NCBI GenBank assembly: GCA_043228905.1
Contig: JBHGNT010000017.1
Coordinates: forward strand, 7,254,001-7,318,000
From: Azolla caroliniana
Taxonomy: Eukaryota > Plantae > Polypodiophyta
Direction: 5' to 3'
Length of the DNA stretch: 64,000 bases
The notes below the pieces were generated by a model, which was given only the letters and a program-made list of their open reading frames with translations, did no database searches and was not told the DNA's origin. A program made the position numbers and the translations under genes. Positions 1 to 12,306 of the stretch are shown in pieces (the first letter of the stretch is position 1; every line of letters begins with the position of its first letter).

Positions 1-120
1 TTTTTCCCCTAGTTTGGGGTTTTCCACGTTAACCTCCTGTGTACCATTTCTCTTCTTTGTGTCGTGTTCTATTTCCCATTTTCTGTGTATGAAAAGAATC
101 TCGGTTGTGGCCGAGCGGTG
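1..120 (+). mobile_element. 3' part of a Tnt1-like Copia LTR, cut by the window edge
   Basis: TTTTTCCCCTAGTTTGGGGTTTTCCACGTTAAC...CTCGGTTGTGGCCGAGC is the reverse complement of motifs in the LTRs at 24674-25178 and 16288-16992. Confidence 0.6.
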
Positions 121-153
121 GACATAAGGAACGACAAGTTCCCGTCATATAAG

Positions 154-1276
154 AAGGCTAACTACTTTCTTCTTTTTTCCTTGAAAGATTTTCTTCAATA
201 GTATTAAAACATCGAAAAAGTACAAGTGAAAGTTATTTGCCCGTAGGTTTACAACGTAATGTATGTACACCTAAACTTGTACATACAAAAACAACTTATA
301 TAGGGTTGTTGAGCCCTAAACGATACATTAACATGTTGGTTTTATATCAAGAAAAGGTCCATGGAAGATGATAATTCCATTGAGGTCTTTGGTTTGTCAT
401 TACAAAGAGAGGCACCTTCCTCCATAAGTGAAGAAGCTTCATCCTTCTTTTATGAATATTTTTAGAGAACCATCCATGTTATCATACTGCCCACGAACTA
501 CTATCAACAATGTTTCCCATATCTCAAGCAATACCTCTGGAATGCCAAGCTTTGCGGCATCATAAAGTCGACTGCATCTACATTTCCATAATACCCATAA
601 TATTATCGTAGTCACAGTTTTCCAGATCTCGATAGATCACATCTGCTTTCGAGGTTGCTGAAACGGACTAACTGATATCAATCTTCTGTTATATGCTGTC
701 ATGGCCTCTTGCATATCACTTGCCTCATATAACATCAGGTTGGAGTGTAATACTCCCCACACTGCTGCTCCCCATGAGAACAAGCAACCGACATTGATTG
801 TTAGGAATAAAGAAAGAACTTTATTCCATACTTGTTGAGCCAAGGGACAAGACTAGAGGGCATGCTTAGTAGTCTCTAGCGTTGCATAGCAAAATCCACA
901 TTGCCTGAGATTCTGTGCGACATTCCCTTTTAACGTCTGGCCAATTGGTAATGCAGCATGCACTAATAGCCATCTAAAAAGAATAAATTTAGAAGGCCCC
1001 TTGAAAGACCATATCCATCTCCAATATGTTTTCAACTGCAACGTTGAAACACCCCAGTTAGTCCAATGTTTTTGTGTTGCTGGTGTCATTACATTCATAG
1101 ACCTTAGTAATGACCTTCCTAGCTTTACTGAATACTGACAAAAGGAAACCTTTATGATATGTTCCCCCAAGGAATATGTCCAGAACCAACCCCCCGGATC
1201 CCATAGTAGTCTTGCAATAGGTTCTTTTGCATACAACCACATCATATCACACATATGTAAGGCTAACTACCTTCTT
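154..1276 (-). mobile_element. 5'-truncated L1-like LINE (C-terminal zf-RVT region) with target-site duplication
   Basis: ORF 853-1254 has the zf-RVT pattern WRWIWSFKGPSKFILFRWLLVHAALP...CGFC..LETTKHAL. It is flanked by AAGGCTAACTAC(T/C)TTCTT at 154-171 and 1259-1276, with a T-rich tail on the left. Confidence 0.75.
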
Positions 1277-1429
1277 GAAGGGGGTCATTTGTATTATTTT
1301 TTATGAAAGCTCTAATAGTGTAGCAACCGTTAATTTAGGTTCCCACACAACAAGTCAAGAAGAAAATTGATAAAATGCTAGAATAATCTATCCCATTGAA
1401 CATATTTATATATTTATTTACTAAAAAAA

Positions 1430-3352
1430 CACTATTTCGCATTAGTTAGAAAAAATTACAACAAAGTTCTACCATTAAGATCCACAAGGACTAACCTTAG
1501 AGGGATTGATATATACAACAACTCCAAAAACGACCACAAATTTAGCAAAATTTACGTTTTCCTTCCCCCCACAAATGTGGTCATAATCCCCACTCCCTCA
1601 TTTACAACAAAATTATCCCACCTACTCTTTTGCAACAAAGTTATCCGGTTACCACAACTATTGGAACTTACTTGTACCTCAGCTATACATATTTACATAA
1701 CATGTCCACTATTGGGAGCCATTAGGGGAAACAACCGTGACCTGGGTGCTTGGTAGTTCCATTTAGGCTCCGTCGAAGATTTGACCGTCATAGGAGAACC
1801 ACCCCATTTCAACAAAAACTTTGACCTTGCCATTTCTGCTTCGTTTGAATCCCTCTGAATCGAGTCATACCATCCGCACATCCACGATACTAGCTCGAAC
1901 TAGATATTTAGCAACACCTCATCGCTTGGGAATTTTTGCTGCTGAAAAACAAACCTACAACGCCTGGTCCAAATGTGCTAGACCAATAAGCATGCCACCA
2001 TAATCCATATCTCCTCAAAAAAAGTTTGTGCTATGTCTCACCCCAACACATTGGAACACATTGCCACCCTGAACTATAAATCCATGACCTTGTGGGTTTA
2101 ACTGTTTCACCCATCCATCCACTGTTAACTTCAGACCTTGTAAGGACCCCTCACAACTTTCCCATTCGCACTGCAAGTTGTTACGATCCTGAGACTTCTA
2201 CCCCAAATGCTAATCACCTCTACACAATTCTAGAAAGAATGAGGAATCGATTCCAACACATGTCCACAAAACTTGCAACCAACCTCCCCACCTCCTAGAG
2301 GTACCGCCTTATGGCTAAGAAGCCACAACCAAACCTTTATTTTTTCTAGCATATCCAACACGCATAATCTCCTCCAAAATGACTTCAAGAAGTCATCTGA
2401 TATGCATTTATCCCTCTAGCTATTGCGAGTTAGAACCACTCCCTTTGATTTGGAGCCAATGATTTGCCAACCCAACTTAGTACTATACTAAAAAAACCTT
2501 CCAGTTTGTTCATTCTTGGATTCTGGCACCATACCTCCAATGGATCCCACGTCAAATCACATAGGGGCTTGCTGTCAAAAAGCCATAGTTTACAATCATT
2601 ATCTAGTTTCCCTGGTTCGGGTTCACTTTCCACTTCTTACCCTCCAACACTACCACTCACATTGCCCACCACCTGTCATTGTCAGTCAAAGCACTTAGGT
2701 TGCTCCACAAGTGATCCTCGTTAGTTGTGCACCCGCCACGGATAATTTGTGTGGCACCCTCACCTACAAACTAACTCGACCAAAGCCCCTCTTCCTCGTT
2801 CAACCTATCTAAACCATCAACAACCTTATCTATTAGTTGGGTCACTTTTCCTAGCCTTCTAGTAAACATAATGCTACTAGTTTGACCCTCCCTCCTCTTC
2901 ATGCTGAGAACCTCCCAATCTCTTACTGAATTAACATTGTGCTCTAACATACATCCCTAGGGCAAGTATTTTATCTGTCCAAGCATCATACCATCTTCAC
3001 TTCTACTCCTGGGGTTCAAAAATAACGGTTGTTGTAGTCATTCATCCAACGTTTTCAATTGCATTAAGACCAAACCTTCTCTTAAACTTGACCATGCCTT
3101 CATTATGGCACATGTCACCCTATCCTCCATGGTAGCCAATTCTTTCGACTTTAAACTTGGACTGAACAACCACCACGTATTTGCCTTCCAAGGGCCACCA
3201 TTCCTCAAGCACCAAAGGTCGGCTCTATCCCTAAGAAGCACCTTCCAAAATTTTGGTCCAGATTGTAAACTTCACACCAAAAGCTTACCGAGTAAAGCCT
3301 TACTCTAGCGAATTGGATCCACCAGCCCAAGTCCACCTTAGTTTTTGGCCTT
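1430..3352 (-). mobile_element. Degenerate L1-like LINE ORF2 C-terminal region, running into the N gap
   Basis: Minus strand next to the gap reads KN*GGLGLVDPIR*SKALLGKLLV, the typical post-RT GGLG motif. LWLFDSKPLCDLTWDP resembles MWLYAKEPIARLLWDP of the LINE at 853-1254. Degenerate C..C..ET.H near 2030-2070. Left boundary is approximate. Confidence 0.65.
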
Positions 3353-3452
3353 NNNNNNNNNNNNNNNNNNNNNNNNNNNNNNNNNNNNNNNNNNNNNNNN
3401 NNNNNNNNNNNNNNNNNNNNNNNNNNNNNNNNNNNNNNNNNNNNNNNNNNNN
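3353..3452. other. Assembly gap (100 N)
   Basis: Run of N. Confidence 1.
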
Positions 3453-4212
3453 AAGTTGGCAACCTAGTCTTGCATTAAGTAGCTGAATCAAGGAAATAAT
3501 CAGATTTTGTGCAATACATTTATATTTGAAAGATCGAGAGGCTAAGAAGGATGGATACTTCCTGTCTGGCACAGTTCAATGTGTTAATTTATCATTTTTC
3601 GTCCATATGCACTTTTGCACACTCTGTTTATTTATAAAGAGAACCTCGGAAGGGCTTTTCTTTAAACAATGACAATAACTACGAGTCTACATCTCCACTG
3701 GTATTTTTGGATATGAATGGGTTCTATGAATAAAATTTCATCAAATATTCTTGCTGCTGAAATTGTTTCTATACATATCTGCTGATTCTCGAAGTCTCAA
3801 AGAATTTGGTTTGCACTAATGCTTTATGGTATTTGATGTTTATTGCTTCCATATGTCACAATCCATCCACAGTTTTTTGGGGTATCTTTTTTGCACCACA
3901 GTTTATATCCATGTTAAGGAATGCAAATCATACCTTTATTTACTTGCAGAGTTTATTTTGAGTTTCTGAGTGAATAAACTGTGAGAAACAGCAGGGAAGA
4001 TATTTACCACAAAAATGTATATGATATTTGTGGTCAAGGTTGATAGAATGGATGACAAACTTCATCAAATTAGTTGAATTATAAAACTCTTTTGCCATTA
4101 CCAAAACTATGCAAAACTATGCATGTTTACTTTCTTGCACATTAATGTATGCCGATTGCGTCCTATTTATTTTTTAAGTTTCTTATATCCATATATGACA
4201 TGGTATGCATAC

Positions 4213-5261
4213 ATGCAGACAAGAATGGTGAAAGTTTGTGGTTTGTCCCCTAAGGCAACAGAACAAGATATCTACGACTTTTTTTCCTTTTCAGGAGACA
4301 TTGAGAATGTAAATGTACAGAGGTAACTTGGATTTCAATTTTGCAAATTTTCTGTGGCAGATGAATTTCTTACCAATTTGATTAATTTCAACGCTTTTTC
4401 TTTGCAATCTTCTTAGTGAGAATGGAGCAAGGGTTGCGTTTGTCATATTCAAAGATCCAGGAGCAACAGATACTGCAATCTTACTTTCTGTATGTTTCAT
4501 TTTTGCTTTCTTCTTTCTTTAATGCATTATGTCAAAAATATAAGAAGATGATTATGATGCAGTTTGAATGCTATGAATATTTGATCTCATGTTCACTTTT
4601 CATATGTCCCTAGGGAGCAACAATCGTTGACCAGGTTGTGAGCATAGAAGAAGTGGATAGCTACTTTGGTGATCACAATGAAAACAAGGTCAAATATTGA
4701 GCTTCATTTTCAGTTTTTTTTTTTAGTTTTCCAGTTAGTTTTATTAATATGCATATTTAATCGCAGCAACATGCAAACAAATCAAGCACAGTCATTATTG
4801 GAGGTGCTGTGGATAGAGCTCAGGATGTTATATCAACTATGCTCTCCAAGGGGTACAACCTTGGGAAGGATGCAATGGTAAAAGCAAAAGATTTCGATGA
4901 GAAACACCATCTCTCAACCAATGCCACTTCCACTGTTTCTTCAATAGATCAGAAAATTGGTCTTTCTCAAAAGCTCGGTGTTGTGAATGAGCAAGTGAAA
5001 GCTTTTGATGAGAAATTCCACATCTTGGAAAAAACCCAATCCGCATTCAAAGTTGCAGAGCAGACGGTGAATGGTGCAGGGTCAGCACTGATGAAAAACA
5101 AGTATATTTTTATGGGTGCTTCATGGGCTTCTGGTGCGTTTAATAAGGTTACTAAAACAGCTGGTGAAGTTGGTCAAAAAGCTCTAAATAGAGTTCAAAC
5201 TTCTCATGTGAAAGACGATTCTCAACAGCATATAGCTATGGTGAATATCAATTCAAGCTGA
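4213..5261 (+). CDS. BPA1-like (binding partner of ACD11) RRM protein; exons 4213/4219-4322, 4417-4489, 4614-4688, 4767-5261
   Basis: Three GT-AG introns join in frame to give (MQ)TRMVKVCGLSPKATEQDIYDFFSFSGDIENVNVQSENGARVAFVIFKDPGATDTAILLSGATIVDQ...AQDVISTMLSKGYNLGKDAMVKAKDFDEKH. These are hallmark BPA1-family motifs. The start may be ATG 4213, or a tiny upstream exon using the AG at 4217-4218. Confidence 0.9.
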
Positions 5262-5849
5262 AAAGGAATATGAGAAGGTTGTAACTTTATTGTATTTAAG
5301 TGATTTTTCTAGCTTGTAATAGTACTCCAGTTGTGATCTCTATTTTGTAAGATGTCTTCTTTGTAAGATGTCTTCCTATATGGGTGAATGATGGTTTGTT
5401 TACATACAAATGCAAATGTAGACAGGGACAACTATTGGAAGCCCATTTTCCTTGCTTATTTTATGATGTATATATATAATGCCATTTTATGTTTTCAAGA
5501 ACTAATCGCATCCATTCTCAAACATGGAGCTTGTTTAAGAGTGAAATAAAATGTACCCATTATTATTCATACCAGACTAGAAATTCAAGGATATTGTAAG
5601 TGATGAATCAAAAACAAACATTGAACATTGAACATTTGATAGACGTAGATGAATTGGTGATAAAATGTCAAGATACTAAAGGTATGTGAATCAGTGTTAA
5701 AAAAAGAAAGTCTTTCCATAACTCCTAGTAGCTAATGGGATCTTATGACTCATAAGCAAAACATATGGTATCCCCAACCATAGAACGTAATATTCGTTCG
5801 TGCAAGCATTCTTCTTTTTTTTCTTCTGTTTTTTCATTAATTGTGATTA

Positions 5850-6450
5850 GAAATTCAGCTCACCCTAGTGGTAAGGAATCATGCTACTGCTGTGTATGTC
5901 TTGGGTTCGATTCCCAATTTTTTAATCTCTCTCTCTCTCTCTCGTTAGTACCATGTCATAGCAAATTATTATGTTAGTGTTATCATAATTTTTTTCTTTT
6001 CTTATTATTAGAACTAAGTACAACCTAGTGGTAACTTGTTGTGCTACTATTACTTGTGTCTTGGGTTAAATTCCCAACTTTCTCATATCCTCTTGTTAGT
6101 GTCATGTTCCTTTTTTTCTTTTTCTTTCTTTATTATTAGAAATTAGCTCACCCTAGTGGTAAGTTGTTATGTTACTTCTGCCTATGTCATGGTAAATTTT
6201 TATGTTAGTGTTATGTTCCTTTCTTTCTTTCTTATTAGAAATTAGGTCACCCTAGTGATAAGTTGTTTGCTACTACTGCCTATGTCATGTTTTCTTCATA
6301 TTCTCGAATATAGGTTTTATGAGTTTGATCGTTTCTTTCTTCTTCTTTTTTTCTTTCTTTGTTAGCTCACCCTAGTGGTAAGTTGTTATGTTACTACTGC
6401 CTATGTCATGTTTTCTTCATATTCTCGAATATACGTTTTATGAGTTTTTG
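5850..6450 (+). repeat. About 5 degenerate tandem copies of a tRNA-like module
   Basis: AGCTCACCCTAGTGGTAAG (or close variants) recurs at ~5857, 6020, 6146, 6245 and 6364. The first two copies have a T-arm-like TTGGGTT(CG/AA)ATTCCCAA. Confidence 0.7.
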
Positions 6451-6540
6451 AATGTTTGATTATAATTTATAATGACATATTTTGATGCAATCTCTATAGT
6501 TCATACTCATTTTTTTGTAAAGTTCTAAAATGAGGATGAT

Positions 6541-6670
6541 AGAGATGTCTTGATTCTTAAGAAGCATCCCAAAAGTATGCATGTGATACAATGCAAATAT
6601 TGCAACCATACTTATGTTGGTGGTTCACAATGGATTAGAGTCCACTTATTGGGATTGAGTGTGAATCAAT
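6541..6670 (+). pseudogene. hAT transposase BED zinc-finger fragment
   Basis: Translates as KKHPKSMHVIQCKYCNHTYVGGSQWIRVHLLG, the CxxC...GG..I..HL pattern of plant hAT BED fingers. No further transposase sequence seen. Confidence 0.55.
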
Positions 6671-6850
6671 ATATAATATAGACCATAGTTAATCCAATCT
6701 AACTTGTCAATCCAATCCAACTTTGAGATGATTTACCATACACGTTTGATTGAATCATTCTCGAATGCGAATGCACGTATGATATGTATGGTTCATTCTA
6801 TGTCCCTAACCTTAAAATCAATTACATTCATATCAAGCTAGGGTTTTTGT

Positions 6851-6854
<4 letters not shown>

Positions 6855-6910
<56 letters not shown>

Positions 6911-7092
6911 TAGATGGATGTAAAGACCAGGTGGTCATGGGTTCAACCCTTACATTCCACAATGGCATCTAGTGAATTAAGAGATATATAAGAAGTATGT
7001 AATAGAGAGGTGAGGAAGTTGGGTTTCGAACACAGTGCTTGTAGTGTTAACAACTTACCACTAGGGTAAGGTAATTACCACTAGAGAGAGAG
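6855..7092. repeat. (GA)n-flanked double-headed tRNA-like unit (degenerate copy)
   Basis: (GA)n tract, then GGGTTCAACCCTTACATTCCAC..., then an inverted head GGGTTTCGAAC...CTTACCACTAGGG, then GAGAGAGA. Same layout as 44711-44910. Confidence 0.65.
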
Positions 7093-10000
7093 AACAAAAG
7101 TTTTATTACGATATAACACCCTAATATTACAAAGATGGTGGTGGATTTATAAAAGACCACCACTGAGGCGGTTTCCTTCTCAACCGTCTTTATAAGAAAC
7201 TAACTATTACTACTAATAATATATTATTTCGCTTATTATATATTTTTCACTCCCCCCTAAGTGAAATTTTCTACAAGTATAGATTTTCATCTTTGTCTTC
7301 AATTACATCAATTAATCCAATTGCTTGCAATAAATAATGTGTTTAGAATGTTGGAGAGGTTTCTAGTTAGAAAATCTGCCCACATATGATGAGTGGGAGC
7401 AAACTTTAGTTCTATCTTTTTCACTTCAATGAGATCACCAAGAAATGATGTTTTAAGTTCACATGATGTATACTGACACTCATCTTCAGATTGTTGGCTA
7501 TCTTGATGCAAGATTGATTTTCACAAAACAAAGTCACTATTGGAATAGTAAATAGCTTAAATTCCTCGAGCATTGATTTAATCGAAATGCCTTCTTTAGC
7601 CGCAACTACATATTCAACTTCGGTGGATGATAATGCTATAGTAGTTTGTTTCTTTGACTTCCATGAAATTGCAACACCATTTAGTGTGTAGACATAGCCA
7701 CTTGTTGACTTGCAGTCGTTCACATCCCCCTCCTCCCCCCCCCCTAGAGGGGTTTGTCCATCCTTGCACAAGTGAGGCTAACTTAGATTGTGTGGCGGAA
7801 TAAGTCAATGCATAACGTTGAGTATATTTCAAATATCGTAGTAATCGTCTAACAACGATCCAATGCTTTGGTCTTGTATTAGCCATGGAATAAGATAGAA
7901 AACCAGTGACAAAACAAATATTTGGACGTGTGGAACTGACTAGATATCTTATACATCCACGAAATTGTTTATAGGGTACATCCTTCATTTTAGAAATTTC
8001 CCTTTTTGTGTTTGGAGAATGATTATTGGAGAATTTACTAGGAGAGGTAAGAGGAGTACTAATGGGCTTACTATGGAACATATCAAATATTTGGAGAATA
8101 GAGGTAATATATTTAGATTGTGATAATGAGATAATATGATTAGTTCTATTTTGAGTTACTTTGATGCCAAGAAAATGTGTCATAGGACCTAAATTAGGGA
8201 TAGGAAAGACACATTCAAGTTCCTTCTTTGCAATAGTTAGATAAGATTTAGAGTTGGATTTCAAGGGCAAATCATCAACATAAACACCTATGATAACAAA
8301 TTTGGATTTGGCTTTTCTAACATAAATATTTGGCTCATTGTTAAGATGATGATATCTAACCTTTATAAGAAAATAGTGAAGTTTGTGATATCATATGCGT
8401 GGAGATTACTTAAGGCCATAAATGGACTTACGAAGTCGACAAACATATGTCGGGTGACTTGGATCTTCAAAAAACTCTAGTTATTGTAAATAAAGTTCTT
8501 CATCTATATCTCCATGAAGAAAAACAATTTGTACATCCAAGTGGTGCAATTATAGATCATATTGAGGGGCAAGATCAACAAGCATTCCAAAACAACATAT
8601 TTTTAGTGTTAGACTAAACTTATCTCGAAAATCAATAACTGGAAATTGAACAACAACACTAGCCTTAAAGTGAATTGGATTGTCATTACCATCTCGCTTG
8701 ATGTGTAAAACCCATTTAGAACTAATTATATGACAATCTTTTGGAGGCTCATGAAGGGTCCATGTACCATTTTTAATTAATGCATTCATATCTTCATGCA
8801 TAGCCTTTTTCCATTTGATAGAATCTACTCCTAAAAGTGTTTCTTTGGCCGATAGGTTTGTGTCATCACTACGACTTGGAATATCTTCTTGTTGTATATA
8901 AGCTTCAATGATGGTCCAAGTCCACAAAATGTGCTTTCACTTGATCAAGTTGTTCATAGATACTATTTAAAGCTAAGTACTTTGTTGGCGGAGAAGTTGA
9001 TGATGAAGCTTTAGGTGAAGAATTTGAAGAGGGTCTAGAGAAGATAACATTGCTTGTGTTGTTAGAGGGAGTTAAGAAATGTGTATTTCTTGAGGAAATA
9101 GGAAAAAGAGAAACATTTGGAGATTAGAGAGATGAAGGACAAGAAGAAAAATTAGTTGGTTGAGGAGGATTGACCTTTGATTTGTGTTGAGATAGACGCG
9201 CCACACAAATAGTTGGAGTTGAGGATGAGCCAATGTTGGCTCCTCCAATGCGAGAATTATTAATATTGGAGATGGTTGAGGAAGATGGTTGGAAGTGGGT
9301 AGGGGTAGGTAATAAAGGAGGTAGATTAGATGGAGTTGAAGAAGAAACCTTTGTAGAAAACCCATTTTCTTGAAATATAACATTGTGACTAAAGAATATT
9401 CTTTGTTTTTGTGGATTGTAGAGCTTGTACGCTTTGTAGCCTAAAGCTTCTCTATATCCAATGAAATTTGATTTGGTAGCTCTTGGGTGTAGCTTATTTG
9501 TTTGAACATTTGGCACAAAAGCATAAGCATTCACAACCAAAAATTTGAAGATTACTAAGGTTAGGTTTGTGATCATGCCATATCTCATAAGGAGTTTGTA
9601 GCCCCAAGGATCTATGAAATCCCCGATTTTGAATGTAGCAAGTGGTGCCAACCGCCTCCTCCCAAAATTGTGGTGATAGTTGTGCAAATTGTAACATACT
9701 AGGAGCCATATTGAGAAGTGTTCTATTCTTTCTTTCAAATACACAATTTTGTTGTGGTGTGTGGTGTTGATATTCTATGATGTATACCTTCTTTTTGTAA
9801 GAATATTTGAAAGTTGCGAGACATATACTCACCACCACCATCGGTTTGAAAACCTTTAATTTTTTGTTGGTGTTTGCACTTCACCTAGAGCTTTATATTC
9901 CTTAAATGCTTGATAAGCATGATTTTTATACTTTACAAAATGCAAGATTGTGAAGCGACTAAAGTCATCTATAAAGCTAATGAAGTATTTGGCTCCACTA

Positions 10001-11800
10001 AGATAAGGGGTCAGAAAGGGTCGACATAGATCACTATGTACTAAAGCAAGAGGGGTAGAGGCTCTTGATCTATGCTTGGGGAAGGGTTGTTGGCGCATTT
10101 TGCCAAGGATACAACTTTCACACAAAGAGATGGGCTTGAACGGTTCTTTTGGAAAACCATAGACTAGGTTATTACATTGTAATGGTTTTAGTGCATTGAA
10201 ATGCATATGGCCTAAATGAAAATGCCAAAGAGAAGAAGGAGAATGAAGATTGGTTAAAGATATGGATGATTGTATTGGGGTAGAATGATGTGCATTTGAA
10301 ATGAGAGATGTAGGAATGCATAATTGTATTGGATATAAGTCTCTCCTCATTTGCAACAAGTTCTAATAAGGTCTCCATTTGTGGATTTATGTTTAATAAT
10401 AGCATGGTTAGAATGAAATTCAATGATAGTACCATTTGTGGTTGCTTGACTAACACATAGCAAGTGTTTGTTGATGCCTGGGACATAGAGAACTTCATTG
10501 ATTATGAAGTGTCTTCCTCTTGTGATCTCAAAAGTAATTTCACTCTTGCCAATAGCTTATTTAGTCCCATTATTACCAAATATTACTATGATAGGGGGTT
10601 TAACTTGCTTAGAATTACACAACCAATCTTTCCTAGTGGCAGAAGTTGAAGTAGAGAAACTCTGGGAAGAGCTTCGACAAGCGCACGAAAGAGAGGCTAT
10701 CCTTTAGGAGAAATTCAACATAATAGTCAAATAGAAGGAGGAGGAGTTGGCTGAAGAATTGTGGAAGCAACAAGAAGAATTCGACTAGGTGTTAAGGACC
10801 AAGAAAAAGTAGTTTGACAAACTGTATATGGAACACAACAAATTCTTGGCTAACTTTAGCAAGCAGCACAAACAACTCTTGGACCTTGAGATCCAAGTTC
10901 ACACACAAGAAGACATCCTTGCCACGAACCGTTGGGAAATGGTGATGTTCTGGCCAGAATTAGAGGAGACCAAGGGAAGGCTCAGTTGCCAATTGGAACG
11001 GGAGCAACATCACCATGAGGTGGAAATGGACCGGATGCTAACCAACATAAAGATGATGGAAGCACAACTTGGGCAGTACGCACATTCGACATTAAGTACC
11101 ATCCAACAATTTGAAACCTAAGCACATCGGCTTCGGATGATAGCCAAGATGGGCAAAGCTCAGATCAAGGTTTTGTTGGGATGACATTAGCAGCGGATGG
11201 ACCAGAACATTGAAGAGGCTCTGAACATGGGCTGGAAGGAATGGTCAACATAGGTTGTCAAATTGCAAATATTCAGAGTTGATTTAGAAAATCGCCGGAA
11301 AGAGGGTCACTACTTCTACAAGATGGATGAAGACAACATCATGGTGCTCAGGGAGGATTTAACAGAACAATTCGAATCCCTGGCTCAAACTCATTGCGCC
11401 GAAATCAAGAAATCGATGGAGGAATTTGATGACAAGTAGATGCAACTCGCCATCGACCTTGTGAAGTACGAATAGGAGCGAACTCAATCCACGAACGAAT
11501 TAGTCGACCCCAACACAAGAAGGGAGTTGGTCGGAGGCAGGGGACTGGAGCAAGCTAAGGAGACAGAGCCAATTGAGGGAACCACATAGGCTGAAGACAT
11601 GCAAGAGAGAGTCGACGCCCTAGAACAAGCCGAAACCGAGTAGCCGTACCTGGACGAGTCGACCTGACAACAATAGGTACAACTTGACAAACCTGTTGGG
11701 GCTTGTTCACTCAAGTGGAGCCCACAACATTGAATCGGCTGAACGCCGAATAGGCTTAAGGCAAATTATAAGAAAAGTTATAATTAGTTGTGTATATATC

Positions 11801-11850
<50 letters not shown>

Positions 11851-12247
11851 AGCCTTTTTCTTTGTTTATGTTTTTTTGGGTGTGTGTCTTTTGTGTGTGT
11901 GTGTGTGTGTGAACACATATATAGATGTTGGACTACAAGAAGACAATAAGAGGAAAAACAGAGAAAAGAAAAAGAGAAACAACGTGACCTGATTTTCTGA
12001 GAGTACAGAGTGCAAAAACAGAAAACAGAGAGAGAGAGAAACAGAAAACGAAAGAGCAAGCAAGAGGAAGAGTGAACTACTGTCACAGATACAGAGACCT
12101 GCGAGGGGCTGTTAGTGCTATCGAAGAACCACAATTGACCAACACCTGTCCTGTCTACTTGTTTTAGGTTTCTTCGTGTTAAGAAATGGAGTCTGTGGTG
12201 ATTGCAATGCAGCGGAAGATGAGAGACTATGTGTGTGTGTGTGTAGC

Positions 12248-12306
<59 letters not shown>

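Noticed and set aside
3205-3572. ORFs spanning the N run
   Set aside because: These are artefacts of the assembly gap.
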